A DNA stretch of 63,440 nucleotides, filler included. It is 7 parts of 7 records of this genome, joined end to end, with 100 filler letters (N's around TTAATTAATTAA, not from the genome) between each part and the next. Parts side by side here need not be neighbours in the genome. Positions count along the whole stretch, not along the records: positions 47,775 to 60,279 come from SRR20825010_6229; positions 60,380 to 63,440 come from SRR20825010_6352; 5 more parts are not named here. One strand, written 5' to 3'. Positions 51,925 through 61,781 of this stretch are shown piece by piece (position 1 is the stretch's first letter; the number at the start of each line of letters is the position of its first letter). A program made the position numbers and the translations under genes. The notes below the pieces were generated by a model, which did no database searches, was not told the origin of the DNA, and saw only the letters and a program-made list of their open reading frames with translations.

Positions 51925-52435
51925 AGAAAGAGAACTCCAGGAAGAATTGGTATGGAACGCAGGCTATCGAATGAACGAGAGTCTTCGCATGATCAAAATC
52001 TGTTTAGATCAATTGTCTGAGGAACAACTTTGGGAAAAACCGAATGAATCGAGCAATAGTATTGCCAATCTTATTCTTCACCTGTGCGGAAACATCACCC
52101 AATATGGGATTGCATCCATTCAAAATTTGGAGGATGAACGCATAAGGGATGAAGAATTTTCCACAGATTCAGGCTATTCCAAAGCAGAGCTTGTCAAAAA
52201 ACTGGAAAACACCATCTCGGACGCCAAAAGAGCGTTCTACGATGCCCCGCTCAATGAATTATTGCGTAAACGAAACGTTCAAGGGTTTAATTTTTCCGGA
52301 GTGGGCAACATTATCCATGTTACGGAACATTTGTCATACCACACAGGGCAAATAGCACTATGGACCAAAATTTTACAAAATAAAGACCTTGGTTTTTACG
52401 GTGGGGTCAACCTGAATGCAAAAAACGAAAGCTAG
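51917..52435 (+). CDS. DinB-family protein
   Basis: [25 protein letters not shown] His triad. Confidence 0.85.
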   Translation: MDKERELQEELVWNAGYRMNESLRMIKICLDQLSEEQLWEKPNESSNSIANLILHLCGNITQYGIASIQNLEDERIRDEEFSTDSGYSKAELVKKLENTISDAKRAFYDAPLNELLRKRNVQGFNFSGVGNIIHVTEHLSYHTGQIALWTKILQNKDLGFYGGVNLNAKNES

Positions 52436-52451
52436 CATTCCAATACAGCCT

Positions 52452-52778
52452 ATGAACTGGATACTATTGATAATTGCAGGACTCTTTGAAGTTGCATTTG
52501 CAGCCTGTCTTGGAAAGGCCAAGGAAACAACCGGGACGGAAATGACGTATTGGTACATAGGATTTGTAGTTTGCCTTACAATCAGCATGTTTTTGTTGGT
52601 CAAAGCAACACAAGAATTACCAATAGGTACAGCATATGCGGTTTGGACCGGTATCGGTGCAGTGGGGACCGTACTGTTTGGAATTTTTGTTTTTAAAGAG
52701 CCCGCAACATTTTGGAGATTATTTTTTATAACCACCTTGATTGCTTCGATTATTGGTTTAAAAGTAGTCTCACATTAG
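52452..52778 (+). CDS. SMR-family transporter (SugE/Gdx-like)
   Basis: W..L.IAGLFE, LPIGTAYAVWTGIG motifs; four TM helices. Confidence 0.9.
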   Translation: MNWILLIIAGLFEVAFAACLGKAKETTGTEMTYWYIGFVVCLTISMFLLVKATQELPIGTAYAVWTGIGAVGTVLFGIFVFKEPATFWRLFFITTLIASIIGLKVVSH

Positions 52779-52797
52779 TTCAATCAAATAAAAATAA

Positions 52798-53553
52798 ATG
52801 CTTACAAAAAGAATCATACCCTGTCTTGATATTAAAAACGGACGCACCGTAAAAGGAATCAACTTTGTTGATCTACGCGATGCAGGAGACCCTGTGGAAC
52901 TGGCATCCATTTATGCCAAAGAAGGTGCCGATGAATTGGTTTTTTTGGACATTTCAGCGACCGAAGAAAAACGAAAAACTTTAGCGGAACTGGTGTATCA
53001 CGTAGCGGAGACCATCAATATACCCTTTACCGTGGGCGGCGGGATTTCGTCCGTGGAAGATGTGGATATTCTCCTCAAAAACGGGGCCGATAAGGTTTCC
53101 ATCAACTCATCCGCGGTAAAAAAACCGGAATTGATCAATGAATTGGTCGGCAAATTCGGTTCACAATGTATCGTTGTTGCCATTGATGCCAAACAAATAG
53201 ACGGACAATGGAAAGTCCATCTGGTAGGAGGGAAGGTACCTACGGAACTGAATCTTTTTGATTGGGCTAAAGAAGTGGAAGAACGTGGTGCTGGTGAAAT
53301 TTTGTTTACTTCGATGGACCACGATGGCACCAAAAATGGCTTTGCCAACCAAGCTTTGGCAAAATTGTCCGGATTGGTTAACATTCCAGTGATTGCATCA
53401 GGTGGTGCGGGAAACATATCACATTTCACGGATACTTTTAAAGATGGAAAAGCGGATGCTGCCTTGGCTGCCAGCGTTTTTCATTTTAAGGAAATCGAAA
53501 TCAATACACTCAAAAAAGAATTAAAGGAAGAAGGAATTCCTGTAAGAATATAA
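52798..53553 (+). CDS. hisF: Imidazole glycerol phosphate synthase cyclase subunit
   Basis: [30 protein letters not shown] motifs. Confidence 0.98.
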   Translation: MLTKRIIPCLDIKNGRTVKGINFVDLRDAGDPVELASIYAKEGADELVFLDISATEEKRKTLAELVYHVAETINIPFTVGGGISSVEDVDILLKNGADKVSINSSAVKKPELINELVGKFGSQCIVVAIDAKQIDGQWKVHLVGGKVPTELNLFDWAKEVEERGAGEILFTSMDHDGTKNGFANQALAKLSGLVNIPVIASGGAGNISHFTDTFKDGKADAALAASVFHFKEIEINTLKKELKEEGIPVRI

Positions 53554-53555
53554 CA

Positions 53556-54152
53556 ATGCAAATAGACTTCAATAAAAATTCAGACGGACTTGTACCAGCT
53601 ATTGTTCAAGATGCAACCACCAAAAATGTGTTGATGTTGGGCTACATGAACCAAGAAGCGTTTGAAAAAACCCGAGAAACCCAAAAAGTCACTTTTTTCA
53701 GCCGTTCCAAACAGCGTTTATGGACCAAAGGTGAGGAAAGTGGCAATTTCTTAAACCTTGTGGATATGCAAGTGGATTGTGATAACGACACCCTTTTGGT
53801 TAAAGTGAATCCAGTTGGCCCTACTTGCCACGAGGGCACCGACACCTGCTGGGCAGAAGAAAATATTCAAGGGTACGGTTTCTTGTCAACGCTGGAAAAC
53901 ATCATCGAATCCAGAAAAAATGACCAAGAGAATCCGGATAGTTATGTGGCTTCCCTGTTCCGAAAGGGCATTAACAAAATAGCCCAGAAAGTAGGGGAAG
54001 AGGCTGTGGAAACTGTGATAGAGGCCAAAGATGACAACGAGGAGCTTTTCTTGAACGAAAGCGCCGACCTGTTGTTCCATTATTTGATTTTGCTGAAGGC
54101 AAAAAATTATAGTCTCAAGGATGTGGTCAAAGTTCTGGAAAAGAGACATTGA
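53556..54152 (+). CDS. hisIE: Bifunctional PRA-CH/PRA-PH
   Basis: W.KGE.SG, DCD.D, GPTCH.G..TC, KVGEEA.E, E.ADL..H motifs. Confidence 0.97.
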   Translation: MQIDFNKNSDGLVPAIVQDATTKNVLMLGYMNQEAFEKTRETQKVTFFSRSKQRLWTKGEESGNFLNLVDMQVDCDNDTLLVKVNPVGPTCHEGTDTCWAEENIQGYGFLSTLENIIESRKNDQENPDSYVASLFRKGINKIAQKVGEEAVETVIEAKDDNEELFLNESADLLFHYLILLKAKNYSLKDVVKVLEKRH

Positions 54153-54168
54153 CCACATGAGGTGGTGT

Positions 54169-54891
54169 TCAATCCTTTTTTATAATACTGGAGGAGCCAG
54201 AAAGCTCACTTTCCTGTATCGTCGCATCTCCCTTGTAGTTTAATACACTGGCACCTGAAGCTTTTATGGAAATACTTTCATTTACAGAAAGAAAGGCCGT
54301 GCTCGCCCCATACAAGTTTATGTCCAGATTGGAAATATTAAGGTCGTAATCCAACAAGTCACTGCTTCCTGAAATTTCCGCATCCAAGAATGAGACACTA
54401 CCAAAAAGATCAACGGAAGAGGCTCCTTCGAGATTCATTTGTAATCGATCAGCGAGCAATTCCCCCTTAAAATCAGAGGCCCCAGAGACTGTAATATGTC
54501 CATCCTGTACTTCCCATTGATTTTCCAAAATCAATCTGCTCGCACCATCAATATTGAACTTGGAAAGATTTTTGGTGGTGATGTATGCGTTCATCACAGC
54601 CTTACCACTTACCGAAGTGCGATCTTTTAATCGGATAATCAATTCGTCACCATCTTTTTCTACGACAATTTTTTCGTGCAGATTGTTGTTGGCCGAAATA
54701 CGGATTTCTTCTTCAGATTCGGAAAAATGCACATAAACATGGAATGCATCAGAAATCCTGAGTCCATTATAATCATTTATGTCATACTTGATAGAGGTCA
54801 CTTCGCCTTCGGCATATATCTTCTCGTAATCACAGGAAGAAAAAAGGGTCAATAGTACGGAAAGCAGTGTAAAACTGATTCGTTTTTTCAT
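54169..54891 (-). CDS. DUF2807/GIN-domain lipoprotein
   Basis: MKKR start with lipobox FSSC; repeated SGAS beta-helix units. Confidence 0.85.
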   Translation of the reverse strand: MKKRISFTLLSVLLTLFSSCDYEKIYAEGEVTSIKYDINDYNGLRISDAFHVYVHFSESEEEIRISANNNLHEKIVVEKDGDELIIRLKDRTSVSGKAVMNAYITTKNLSKFNIDGASRLILENQWEVQDGHITVSGASDFKGELLADRLQMNLEGASSVDLFGSVSFLDAEISGSSDLLDYDLNISNLDINLYGASTAFLSVNESISIKASGASVLNYKGDATIQESELSGSSSIIKKD

Positions 54892-55080
54892 TTGTTTTGA
54901 TTTTTGATTGATGTAATACTGTACGCAAGAAATGCTAAACGTTGAAAAATGGAATAGGCACCCATTGAAATGGAATGACAGCCCATCCGCTATTTTCATA
55001 CAAGGCAAATACTTGCTCATTTTTTGTGTAGACCCGTAGTGTTTTTATAGGATGGTGAAGACGGTTGCTGTAATTTTCCA

Positions 55081-55746
55081 TTAGTTCAACTGCTTTTTGT
55101 AACGGTTACGCCCCATATTGAACACTCCTAATTTCACCCCAATGCCACCTGAAAAACCATTGAGACGGTCCACTGGGCTTTGTGCCAACTCTATTTTGCT
55201 GGACATTCTATATCGGAAACCAGCCTCCAATTGCACGAATCTGGAAATATTGAACAATACATTCATTCCTGGCTCAAGCACAAATACAGCGTCTATATCG
55301 TCATCATTAAGATCAACGTTCTCATCGTTCACCACGGCATTATGATCTACGTAGCCCACACCGCCACCACCAATCAATATTGGAAAGGATAGACTTACCC
55401 TTTTCTTGCCAAACAATATAGGTTCCAAATGCAGTCCTCCGTACACAGCCACAATATCATCGTTGTTGTTTGTTCTAGGATTAAAGATGTTCTGCTGGGA
55501 GTATAGCACGTTGCCCATAAAACCCACTTCAAACTGTCTGTTGGCCACATAGGCCACTTTTAGTCCTCCGATGTAGGTATCCTCTCCCTCAATTTCTCCA
55601 AAGTAGGTGGATAGCCCCAAGTAGACCCCGTGCACCACATTCTTTCGGTCATTGAAGGTAATATATTGGTCGTCATCGTTTTGGGCAAACCCCATAGTGC
55701 CCATTAGCAAAAAAAGTAAGAAAATCGTAGTTTTCTGATTGTTCAT
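55081..55746 (-). CDS. Hypothetical outer-membrane beta-barrel protein
   Basis: Signal peptide; YGGL..E, IG.GG, V.EPG, G..YR amphipathic strands. Confidence 0.7.
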   Translation of the reverse strand: MNNQKTTIFLLFLLMGTMGFAQNDDDQYITFNDRKNVVHGVYLGLSTYFGEIEGEDTYIGGLKVAYVANRQFEVGFMGNVLYSQQNIFNPRTNNNDDIVAVYGGLHLEPILFGKKRVSLSFPILIGGGGVGYVDHNAVVNDENVDLNDDDIDAVFVLEPGMNVLFNISRFVQLEAGFRYRMSSKIELAQSPVDRLNGFSGGIGVKLGVFNMGRNRYKKQLN

Positions 55747-55778
55747 TTTTATTGGATTTTTGATTGATTTTGTTTTAA

Positions 55779-55805
55779 AGACAACCCATTTGATGAAGGG
55801 TTGCA
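55779..55805 (-). promoter_or_regulatory. Putative ECF sigma promoter, copy 1
   Basis: TGCAACCCTT-N12-TGTCT upstream of the beta-barrel gene. Confidence 0.75.
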
Positions 55806-55822
55806 TTTTTTTGATTTTTTTT

Positions 55823-56920
55823 TTAATCGTTTATGGTCACAATTCCTTTTTCGCCTTGTATGGAAATCTTTCCTTTCCGCTCCTTGCCATAAGTGGCATT
55901 GATTTTTCGGAGCCTACGGCCCTTGTCCAACATTTCTGAACTGACGTTCTCAAATGATTTGGGCAAGCGTACCACACCTTGCTCCAAGGTTGCCATAAAG
56001 TCGTGGGGGAAATGATCGACGGTTAGTGTGATATCCGCCGATTCTTGCTGTATGGATATATCAGCAGATGGGTTTATAATGTTGTACACTTGAAAATCGG
56101 CAATTTTCATGGTAAGGTCCACATCACCTGCCAATCGTTCCATTTTGAAGGTGGTAAAATCCAAGTTTCCAAATAGGGACGCTACTTCGTTTATGGAGAT
56201 ATTGTCCTTGTTGGAATATATCTCCAACGAATTAACTGAATGGACATGTATTTCCGAGCCATCGCTTTTCAATCGCAGATTTTTTGAGTTTTCCATGTTC
56301 AATTCCCCGATTTTCAAGTCAAGATCTGCATAGTTTAAATCCTTGGCGCGGACTTTTCCATATTTCAAAACGATATCCGCCTTGTTCAGATTCTCCCCAA
56401 TCCAAAGGTCGCCATGCTCGATCAAGGTGTTTAGGCTGCCTGTCCAGTTTTCAATGATCACATCCCCAAAACGATTGGTGACCTTAAGTCCAGCTTTTTT
56501 GGGAAGATGGATCTCATAATCTATTTGTACGTGGCTACGGTCAAAGTCAATGGGATTGGCACGATTCAACAGATCGGCAAGCCACCCCGTATTTTTATTG
56601 CTGATTTCAGAAACAATGGAAATATAGCTGTTGCTCGCTTTGATTTTTGGGCTGATACGTCCCAACAAGTCTTCTGCATTTTCTTTTTTACGATGGTTCA
56701 CGGTAACCTCAATATTCACTTGGACTTTGTTCTGATCCCATCCCTTAAGCGTTACAGTACCATATTTGTTCTCTATTTGAAACGCCCCCGAGTTGGTGAA
56801 CGGAAAGCTTTCCTCTATGGTTTTATGAACCTTTTCCTGTGCTACGGCACAATCCACTGATACCAGCAACAAGGCTATCCATAGGACCATTCTATAACGT
56901 GTATGCGTGATCATCTTCAT
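55823..56920 (-). CDS. DUF4097-like beta-strand-repeat secreted protein
   Basis: Signal peptide; I.NKYG.V...W, IDYEIHLP, NRFGDV repeats; exact start uncertain. Confidence 0.75.
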   Translation of the reverse strand: MKMITHTRYRMVLWIALLLVSVDCAVAQEKVHKTIEESFPFTNSGAFQIENKYGTVTLKGWDQNKVQVNIEVTVNHRKKENAEDLLGRISPKIKASNSYISIVSEISNKNTGWLADLLNRANPIDFDRSHVQIDYEIHLPKKAGLKVTNRFGDVIIENWTGSLNTLIEHGDLWIGENLNKADIVLKYGKVRAKDLNYADLDLKIGELNMENSKNLRLKSDGSEIHVHSVNSLEIYSNKDNISINEVASLFGNLDFTTFKMERLAGDVDLTMKIADFQVYNIINPSADISIQQESADITLTVDHFPHDFMATLEQGVVRLPKSFENVSSEMLDKGRRLRKINATYGKERKGKISIQGEKGIVTIND

Positions 56921-57434
56921 CTTGTTTTTTAGATTCGTTTAACTGGTGCAACAAATTCTCAATGAGTTCAATGCGTTTTTTGTAATTGCTCACTATGGCT
57001 TCCAGTACTAGCTCATTGTCAAGGTTTTTTTGCATCTCTTTCTTAAGAACTTCGTATTCTGCATCGAGTTCATCCATGAAGGATAGGAACTCGGCCTTGT
57101 TTTCTTCGGAAAGAGCCTGATTGTTCTTTACCAATTCCACTTGGTAGGAGACCAGGTCTTTGTAATACATGTCTATTTCCATCAGTTCTTTGGAGGCGTA
57201 TTGTGTTTTTTCAGCATTGTTGCTCAATACTGAAAGTCCAAAAAACGAAGCGAGACCCAGCAATAATAGTACGGAGGCCGCCACACGAAATAGTGGCCTT
57301 TTCCAGAGCGGGATTACCTTGGGCTTTTCTTGGCCCAGTTCCTCTGAAATCTTCGCCCACATTTTGTCCTTGTCCGCCCTACGTTCGTTGAACTGGGCTG
57401 CATGGTCCCTAATATGTTTTTCAAAATTGTCCAT
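56892..57434 (-). CDS. Putative membrane-anchored anti-sigma factor
   Basis: Coupled to ECF sigma; W.KI...L N-domain, TM VAASVLLLLG, helical periplasmic part. Confidence 0.7.
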   Translation of the reverse strand: MDNFEKHIRDHAAQFNERRADKDKMWAKISEELGQEKPKVIPLWKRPLFRVAASVLLLLGLASFFGLSVLSNNAEKTQYASKELMEIDMYYKDLVSYQVELVKNNQALSEENKAEFLSFMDELDAEYEVLKKEMQKNLDNELVLEAIVSNYKKRIELIENLLHQLNESKKQDEDDHAYTL

Positions 57435-57973
57435 TACATTGCATTGATGATTTCCAATAATTTTTTCTTTGCCCTGTGGTATTGTGATTTTGAAGTACTG
57501 GTGGAAATACCCAAGATTTCTGCAATCTCCACATGGTCATATCCCTCAATAAGGTACAGATTGATGATTTCCCTATAACCGTCCGGTAACCGTGAAATCC
57601 CTTTTTTCACCTTGTCCAAATCTGTCGCCTCAGCTTCAACAGGCTCTTCATCCGTCAGATGAAACTCATGTGCATCCATCGGCACTACAGGGATACGCTT
57701 GGCCTTTAAATAGTTAATACATTTATTGATGACAATTCGCTTCAGCCATGCTCCAAAACTGCTCTCGTACTTGAAGCTGTCCAAGTTTTTAAAGGCATCC
57801 ACAAAACTATCCTGTACAATATCCTCTGCATCTTCCGCATTGCCCAAAAATCGGAATCCCACATTGTACATGGCATCCACATAGCGGGAATACAGCTCGT
57901 ATTGTGAGTTGCTATGGCCGGCTTTGCATTGCTCCACTATGGCCTTGTGCGTAAAACGGATTTCGGTCTCCAA
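57434..57973 (-). CDS. ECF sigma-70 factor
   Basis: DAEDIVQDSF, FGAWLKRI.IN, EIAEILGIS.STSKSQYHRAK motifs. Confidence 0.95.
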   Translation of the reverse strand: METEIRFTHKAIVEQCKAGHSNSQYELYSRYVDAMYNVGFRFLGNAEDAEDIVQDSFVDAFKNLDSFKYESSFGAWLKRIVINKCINYLKAKRIPVVPMDAHEFHLTDEEPVEAEATDLDKVKKGISRLPDGYREIINLYLIEGYDHVEIAEILGISTSTSKSQYHRAKKKLLEIINAM

Positions 57974-58005
57974 AGGTTTTAGGTTGATGCCTTATCTGTA
58001 GCTAA

Positions 58006-58032
58006 AGACAACCGCAAAAGTAAAGGGTTGCA
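58006..58032 (-). promoter_or_regulatory. Putative ECF sigma promoter, copy 2 (autoregulatory)
   Basis: TGCAACCCTT-N12-TGTCT upstream of the sigma gene. Confidence 0.75.
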
Positions 58033-58109
58033 CTATGAAGAAAAAAAACTTATAAAAAATGTATCTATTATAAATATGGACGTAAAGTTTCCGTAAAAAA
58101 GCCAATGCA

Positions 58110-58136
58110 TGCAACCCTTCATTTTTTGACCTGTCT
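58110..58136 (+). promoter_or_regulatory. Putative ECF sigma promoter, copy 3
   Basis: TGCAACCCTT-N12-TGTCT upstream of the TonB receptor. Confidence 0.75.
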
Positions 58137-58180
58137 ATGATGGTGAAAATTTCAAGTACAAACATCAAAACATCACAAAA

Positions 58181-60279
58181 ATGAACAGTAAATCACAGTT
58201 GGACCCGGTAATCAAATGTAACGTTTGGTTGCTGTGGTTTTTCTTTTTGGGCTGTATCCTGGCCATAGGCCAGACCAGCCACACCATCAGCGGTACCATT
58301 ACCGACAAAAGCAATGGGGAAACTCTTTTCGGAGCCTCTGTATTCTTGAATGGTACCACCGTTGGCGGTGTTACCAATGAATATGGATTTTATTCCGTTA
58401 CAGCTCCGGAAGGGGAATATGTGTTGAGCATTTCCTATATGGGGTATAATGAGGTAAATATTGAGGTTAATTTGGATCGTGACATCGTGCAAGATGTGGA
58501 AATATCCGAATTCTCGACAGAATTGGATGAAGTGGTCGTTATGGCAGATGAACCAGAACGGGCCATATTGCGCAAACCCGAAATGAGCGTGGTAAAGATG
58601 AACATGGGCACCGTGAAACAAATGCCCGTGGTTTTGGGGGAGTTGGACGTATTGAAATCCCTTCAAATGCTGCCCGGGGTCACCAATAATGGAGAAGGAA
58701 CGGGAGGATTCCATGTAAGGGGCGGCGCACAGGACCAAAATCTTGTACTGCTGGATGAAGCCATTATTTACAATACTTCGCACATGTTCGGATTCTTCTC
58801 TGTATTCAATGCGGATGCCATCAAAGATGTAAAACTCTACAAAGGGGGTATTCCAGCAAGCTTTGGGGGAAGGGTTTCCTCGGTGTTGGACATTCGACAA
58901 AAGGATGGGAACAGTAAAAACTTTGAACTGAACGGGGGCATTGGCGTCCTATCAAGCAGGCTGACGGCCGAAGGACCCGTTTTTGGGGATAAGGGCTCCT
59001 TTTTGATTGCCGGTCGGCGTTCCTATGTGGATCTGTTGCTCAAGGCCGCAGGAGAAAATAACAGTGTCAGCTTTTACGACCTGAACCTAAAGACTAATTA
59101 CAGCATCAATCGTAACAATAAACTTTTCTTAAGTGGTTATTTTGGACGGGATGCCTTTAAACTGGGCAATAGTTTTGACAGTAGTTATGGCAATGCCACG
59201 GGCAACCTACGTTGGAACCATATTTTTAGTGATCGCTTGTTTTCCAATCTTTCGGCAATTTTAAGTCGATATGACTACGACCTGGAGTTTGCACAGGATG
59301 AATTTGATTGGGTGTCCTCCATCACCAACTACAATCTTAAATATGACTTTAAGTATTATTTGAGCAATGACTTCAAATTGGATTTTGGCATCAACGGTAT
59401 TTATTATGATTTCAATCCAGGGGAAGTGAACCCCACTGCCGAGACATCACCCGTCAATCCATTAAAGTTAGACCAGAAAAAAGCGCTGGAAAGCGGATTT
59501 TATTTGAGCGCAGAGCAAAAACTGGGCCCTAAACTTACCGCACAATATGGCTTGCGATACAGTGCTTTCTCTAGATTTGGTGGGCAACCCATCAACACCT
59601 ACGCAAACAATCAGCCCGTAGTGTACAATCCGGAACTGGGCATTTATGAAAGGGGAACGGTAACGGGCGAAACCAATTTTGAAAAAAGGGATGTCATTGA
59701 ATCCTTCGGGAATTTTGAACCCCGGGTTTCCTTGGCATACCTGTTAAACGAGGATTCATCCTTAAAAGCAGGTTTTTCACGCACCGCCCAGTACATTCAT
59801 CTACTGTCCAATACATCCTCTGTCACCCCTTTGGATGTCTGGACGCCCAGTGGCCCCTTTATCAAACCACAATTGGCCAACCAGTATGCGCTGGGATACT
59901 TTCGCAATTTTAAGGACAAGACCTATTCGCTGGAAGTGGAGACCTACTATAAAACTGTGGATAACAGAATCGATTATATAGATGGTTCCGAGCTAGTTGG
60001 TCAAAACACCATTGAAACTGAAATTTTAAATGGCAAAATGCGAGCCTACGGGTTGGAACTGTTGCTTCGGAAGAACGAGGGCGACTTTACGGGTTGGATT
60101 GCATACACCCTCTCAAAATCAGAGCAAAAAACCTTGGGAGGAACAGCCGGGGGACCCGGTATCAACAATGGAGATTGGTACAGTGCCTCTTTTGATAGGA
60201 CGCATGACATATCCATATCGGGAGCCTACCAATTGAACGACCAATGGAGTTTTGGAACCAATCTGGTTTTTCAAACAGG
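58181..60279 (+). CDS. TonB-dependent receptor (3' partial)
   Basis: CarboxypepD_reg-like domain; P...GE.DV.K...LPGV, VRGG..DQNL, YKGGIPA.FGGR.SSV plug motifs. Confidence 0.93.
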
Positions 60280-60379
60280 NNNNNNNNNNNNNNNNNNNNN
60301 NNNNNNNNNNNNNNNNNNNNNNNTTAATTAATTAANNNNNNNNNNNNNNNNNNNNNNNNNNNNNNNNNNNNNNNNNNNN
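60280..60379. other. Artificial contig linker
   Basis: N-run/TTAATTAATTAA/N-run. Confidence 0.99.
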
Positions 60380-60632
60380 CCCCAAGATACGGGGCGACTT
60401 CAATTGCCTTCAGGCCGTCTCTGGCAAGGCGGCGGGTAAACAGGTCGGGATCACCATTGGAGGCAAGTTCGCACCATTGCTGCAGAAACTTCTGATGCGC
60501 ATCGTCAAGTTCGGATTGGGTTGCAGAGCGTGCCTCATCGTCGTTACGATCAGGGATGTATTTTCCAGACAAACGCTCATCAATGGTCGCGGCCTTTGCC
60601 ACGATTGATGCCCAAAATGGATCGAATTTCAT
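60380..60632 (-). CDS. lanM: Probable class II lanthipeptide synthetase (LanM), N-terminal 84 aa only
   Basis: AGGGGA RBS; A.TI.ERL...Y.P, L.QWC...NGD...F.RRLA.DGL...V...LG resembles the N-terminus of cyanobacterial/proteobacterial LanM as recalled; catalytic domains lie beyond the contig edge. Confidence 0.68.
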
Positions 60633-60725
60633 CTGTTCCCCTTGACCTTTTGGCGCATTAAAGCACTGATAGTTAAACTTAAGATCCCTTTTTTCGACTT
60701 TAAGCCAAGAGAAGTTTTGAGCAAC

Positions 60726-61667
60726 ATGCAACTTGTCGCCGTCACGCAGGAAAATATCGCGCCTTATGTTGCATTCCGTATGGAAGTCGCCGACGAAGAA
60801 GGACGGCGCTACTACCAGACCATTGATCTTGCCGCCGCCATTTTAACGCAAGGCACTGATTATGTGCTTCAGGACGAAGACGGTAATATGCAGGCGGCTG
60901 TCACAATCCGGCGCAATGAAACCCGTGATGGCAGTCTTCTGGTCATGATTTCGGTCGAAGGCAAAGAGAAAAACCCCGAAACAAATGCAAGCTTGCTGCG
61001 CGAAGTTCTTGCGACGGAAAACGGGAATGTCACAACACGCGACACCCGTTACAACGTTTATAACCCGCCTGAAATGACACTACCGAACGCAAAAATGGCT
61101 GAGATGGGATTCACCGAGATACCGGGAACCTATCGCTACAAGCGTGAACCGGGACCACCGCGTTCCGGTGAGTTCCCGCATGCGGACCGGGCGGTTGAAC
61201 GCGGATATAAAACGCTTGTGATTGATGATGCCTATGTCGCCTCTGATCCGGAAATTTTCACAAAACTTGCCGAAATCTATAACCGCGCCTTTTCGAACCG
61301 CGACAGCGTTACCCCAAGCACCCCGGAACGCATGCGCAAGAGTTACGAAACTGACGCCAATGATATCATTATCGCCAAGCTTGGTGATGACGTCACAGGC
61401 AGCATCACACTGAGTTATCTTGGAGATTCGGTTCTTTCACCGCAATATAACTGCATGCGCCGCCACTGGGGAACCGGATCGGTTGATCTGATGTGTCGTC
61501 ATCTGGCGCAGTTGGTTGCAGATCGCTGGAACGTTCCGATTATTGGTTATGCCGAAACACGAAATGCTGCGTCATGGAAGGCGCTTGAACGGTTTGGGCT
61601 AACGCGCGTTGAAGAACTCATGATCTGGGAACGCCATATCCCCGCCGGTGAGACATTCACGCTGTAA
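60726..61667 (+). CDS. Tandem GNAT-fold acyltransferase-like protein
   Basis: C-terminal RRHWGTG and N.ASWKALERFG GNAT motifs; second degenerate fold ending AEMGF; ATG 60726 avoids overlap with the lanM RBS region. Confidence 0.72.
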   Translation: MQLVAVTQENIAPYVAFRMEVADEEGRRYYQTIDLAAAILTQGTDYVLQDEDGNMQAAVTIRRNETRDGSLLVMISVEGKEKNPETNASLLREVLATENGNVTTRDTRYNVYNPPEMTLPNAKMAEMGFTEIPGTYRYKREPGPPRSGEFPHADRAVERGYKTLVIDDAYVASDPEIFTKLAEIYNRAFSNRDSVTPSTPERMRKSYETDANDIIIAKLGDDVTGSITLSYLGDSVLSPQYNCMRRHWGTGSVDLMCRHLAQLVADRWNVPIIGYAETRNAASWKALERFGLTRVEELMIWERHIPAGETFTL

Positions 61668-61688
61668 TCAAGACCGACCACACAAATG

Positions 61689-61717
61689 AAAAGACGGACC
61701 ACCATATGGCCCGTCTT
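61689..61717 (-). terminator. Intrinsic terminator downstream of the peptide gene
   Basis: Minus strand AAGACGGGCCA-tatgg-TGGTCCGTCTT then TTCATTT. Confidence 0.7.
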
Positions 61718-61781
61718 ACAGCAAGCAATCATCAAACTGCCTCAGATGAGAATCACATCTAGCAACGTGGTACAACTGATA

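Noticed and set aside
8166-60379. Six recurring TTAATTAATTAA motifs in N-runs as a repeat array, and gene linkage across them
   Set aside because: Artificial six-frame-stop linkers; composition and taxonomy change at each one, so cross-linker neighbourhoods are meaningless
60633-60731. N-terminal extensions of the lanM and GNAT ORFs in the ORF track
   Set aside because: They overlap head-to-head; ATG 60632 (strong RBS) and ATG 60726 leave a plausible divergent promoter region
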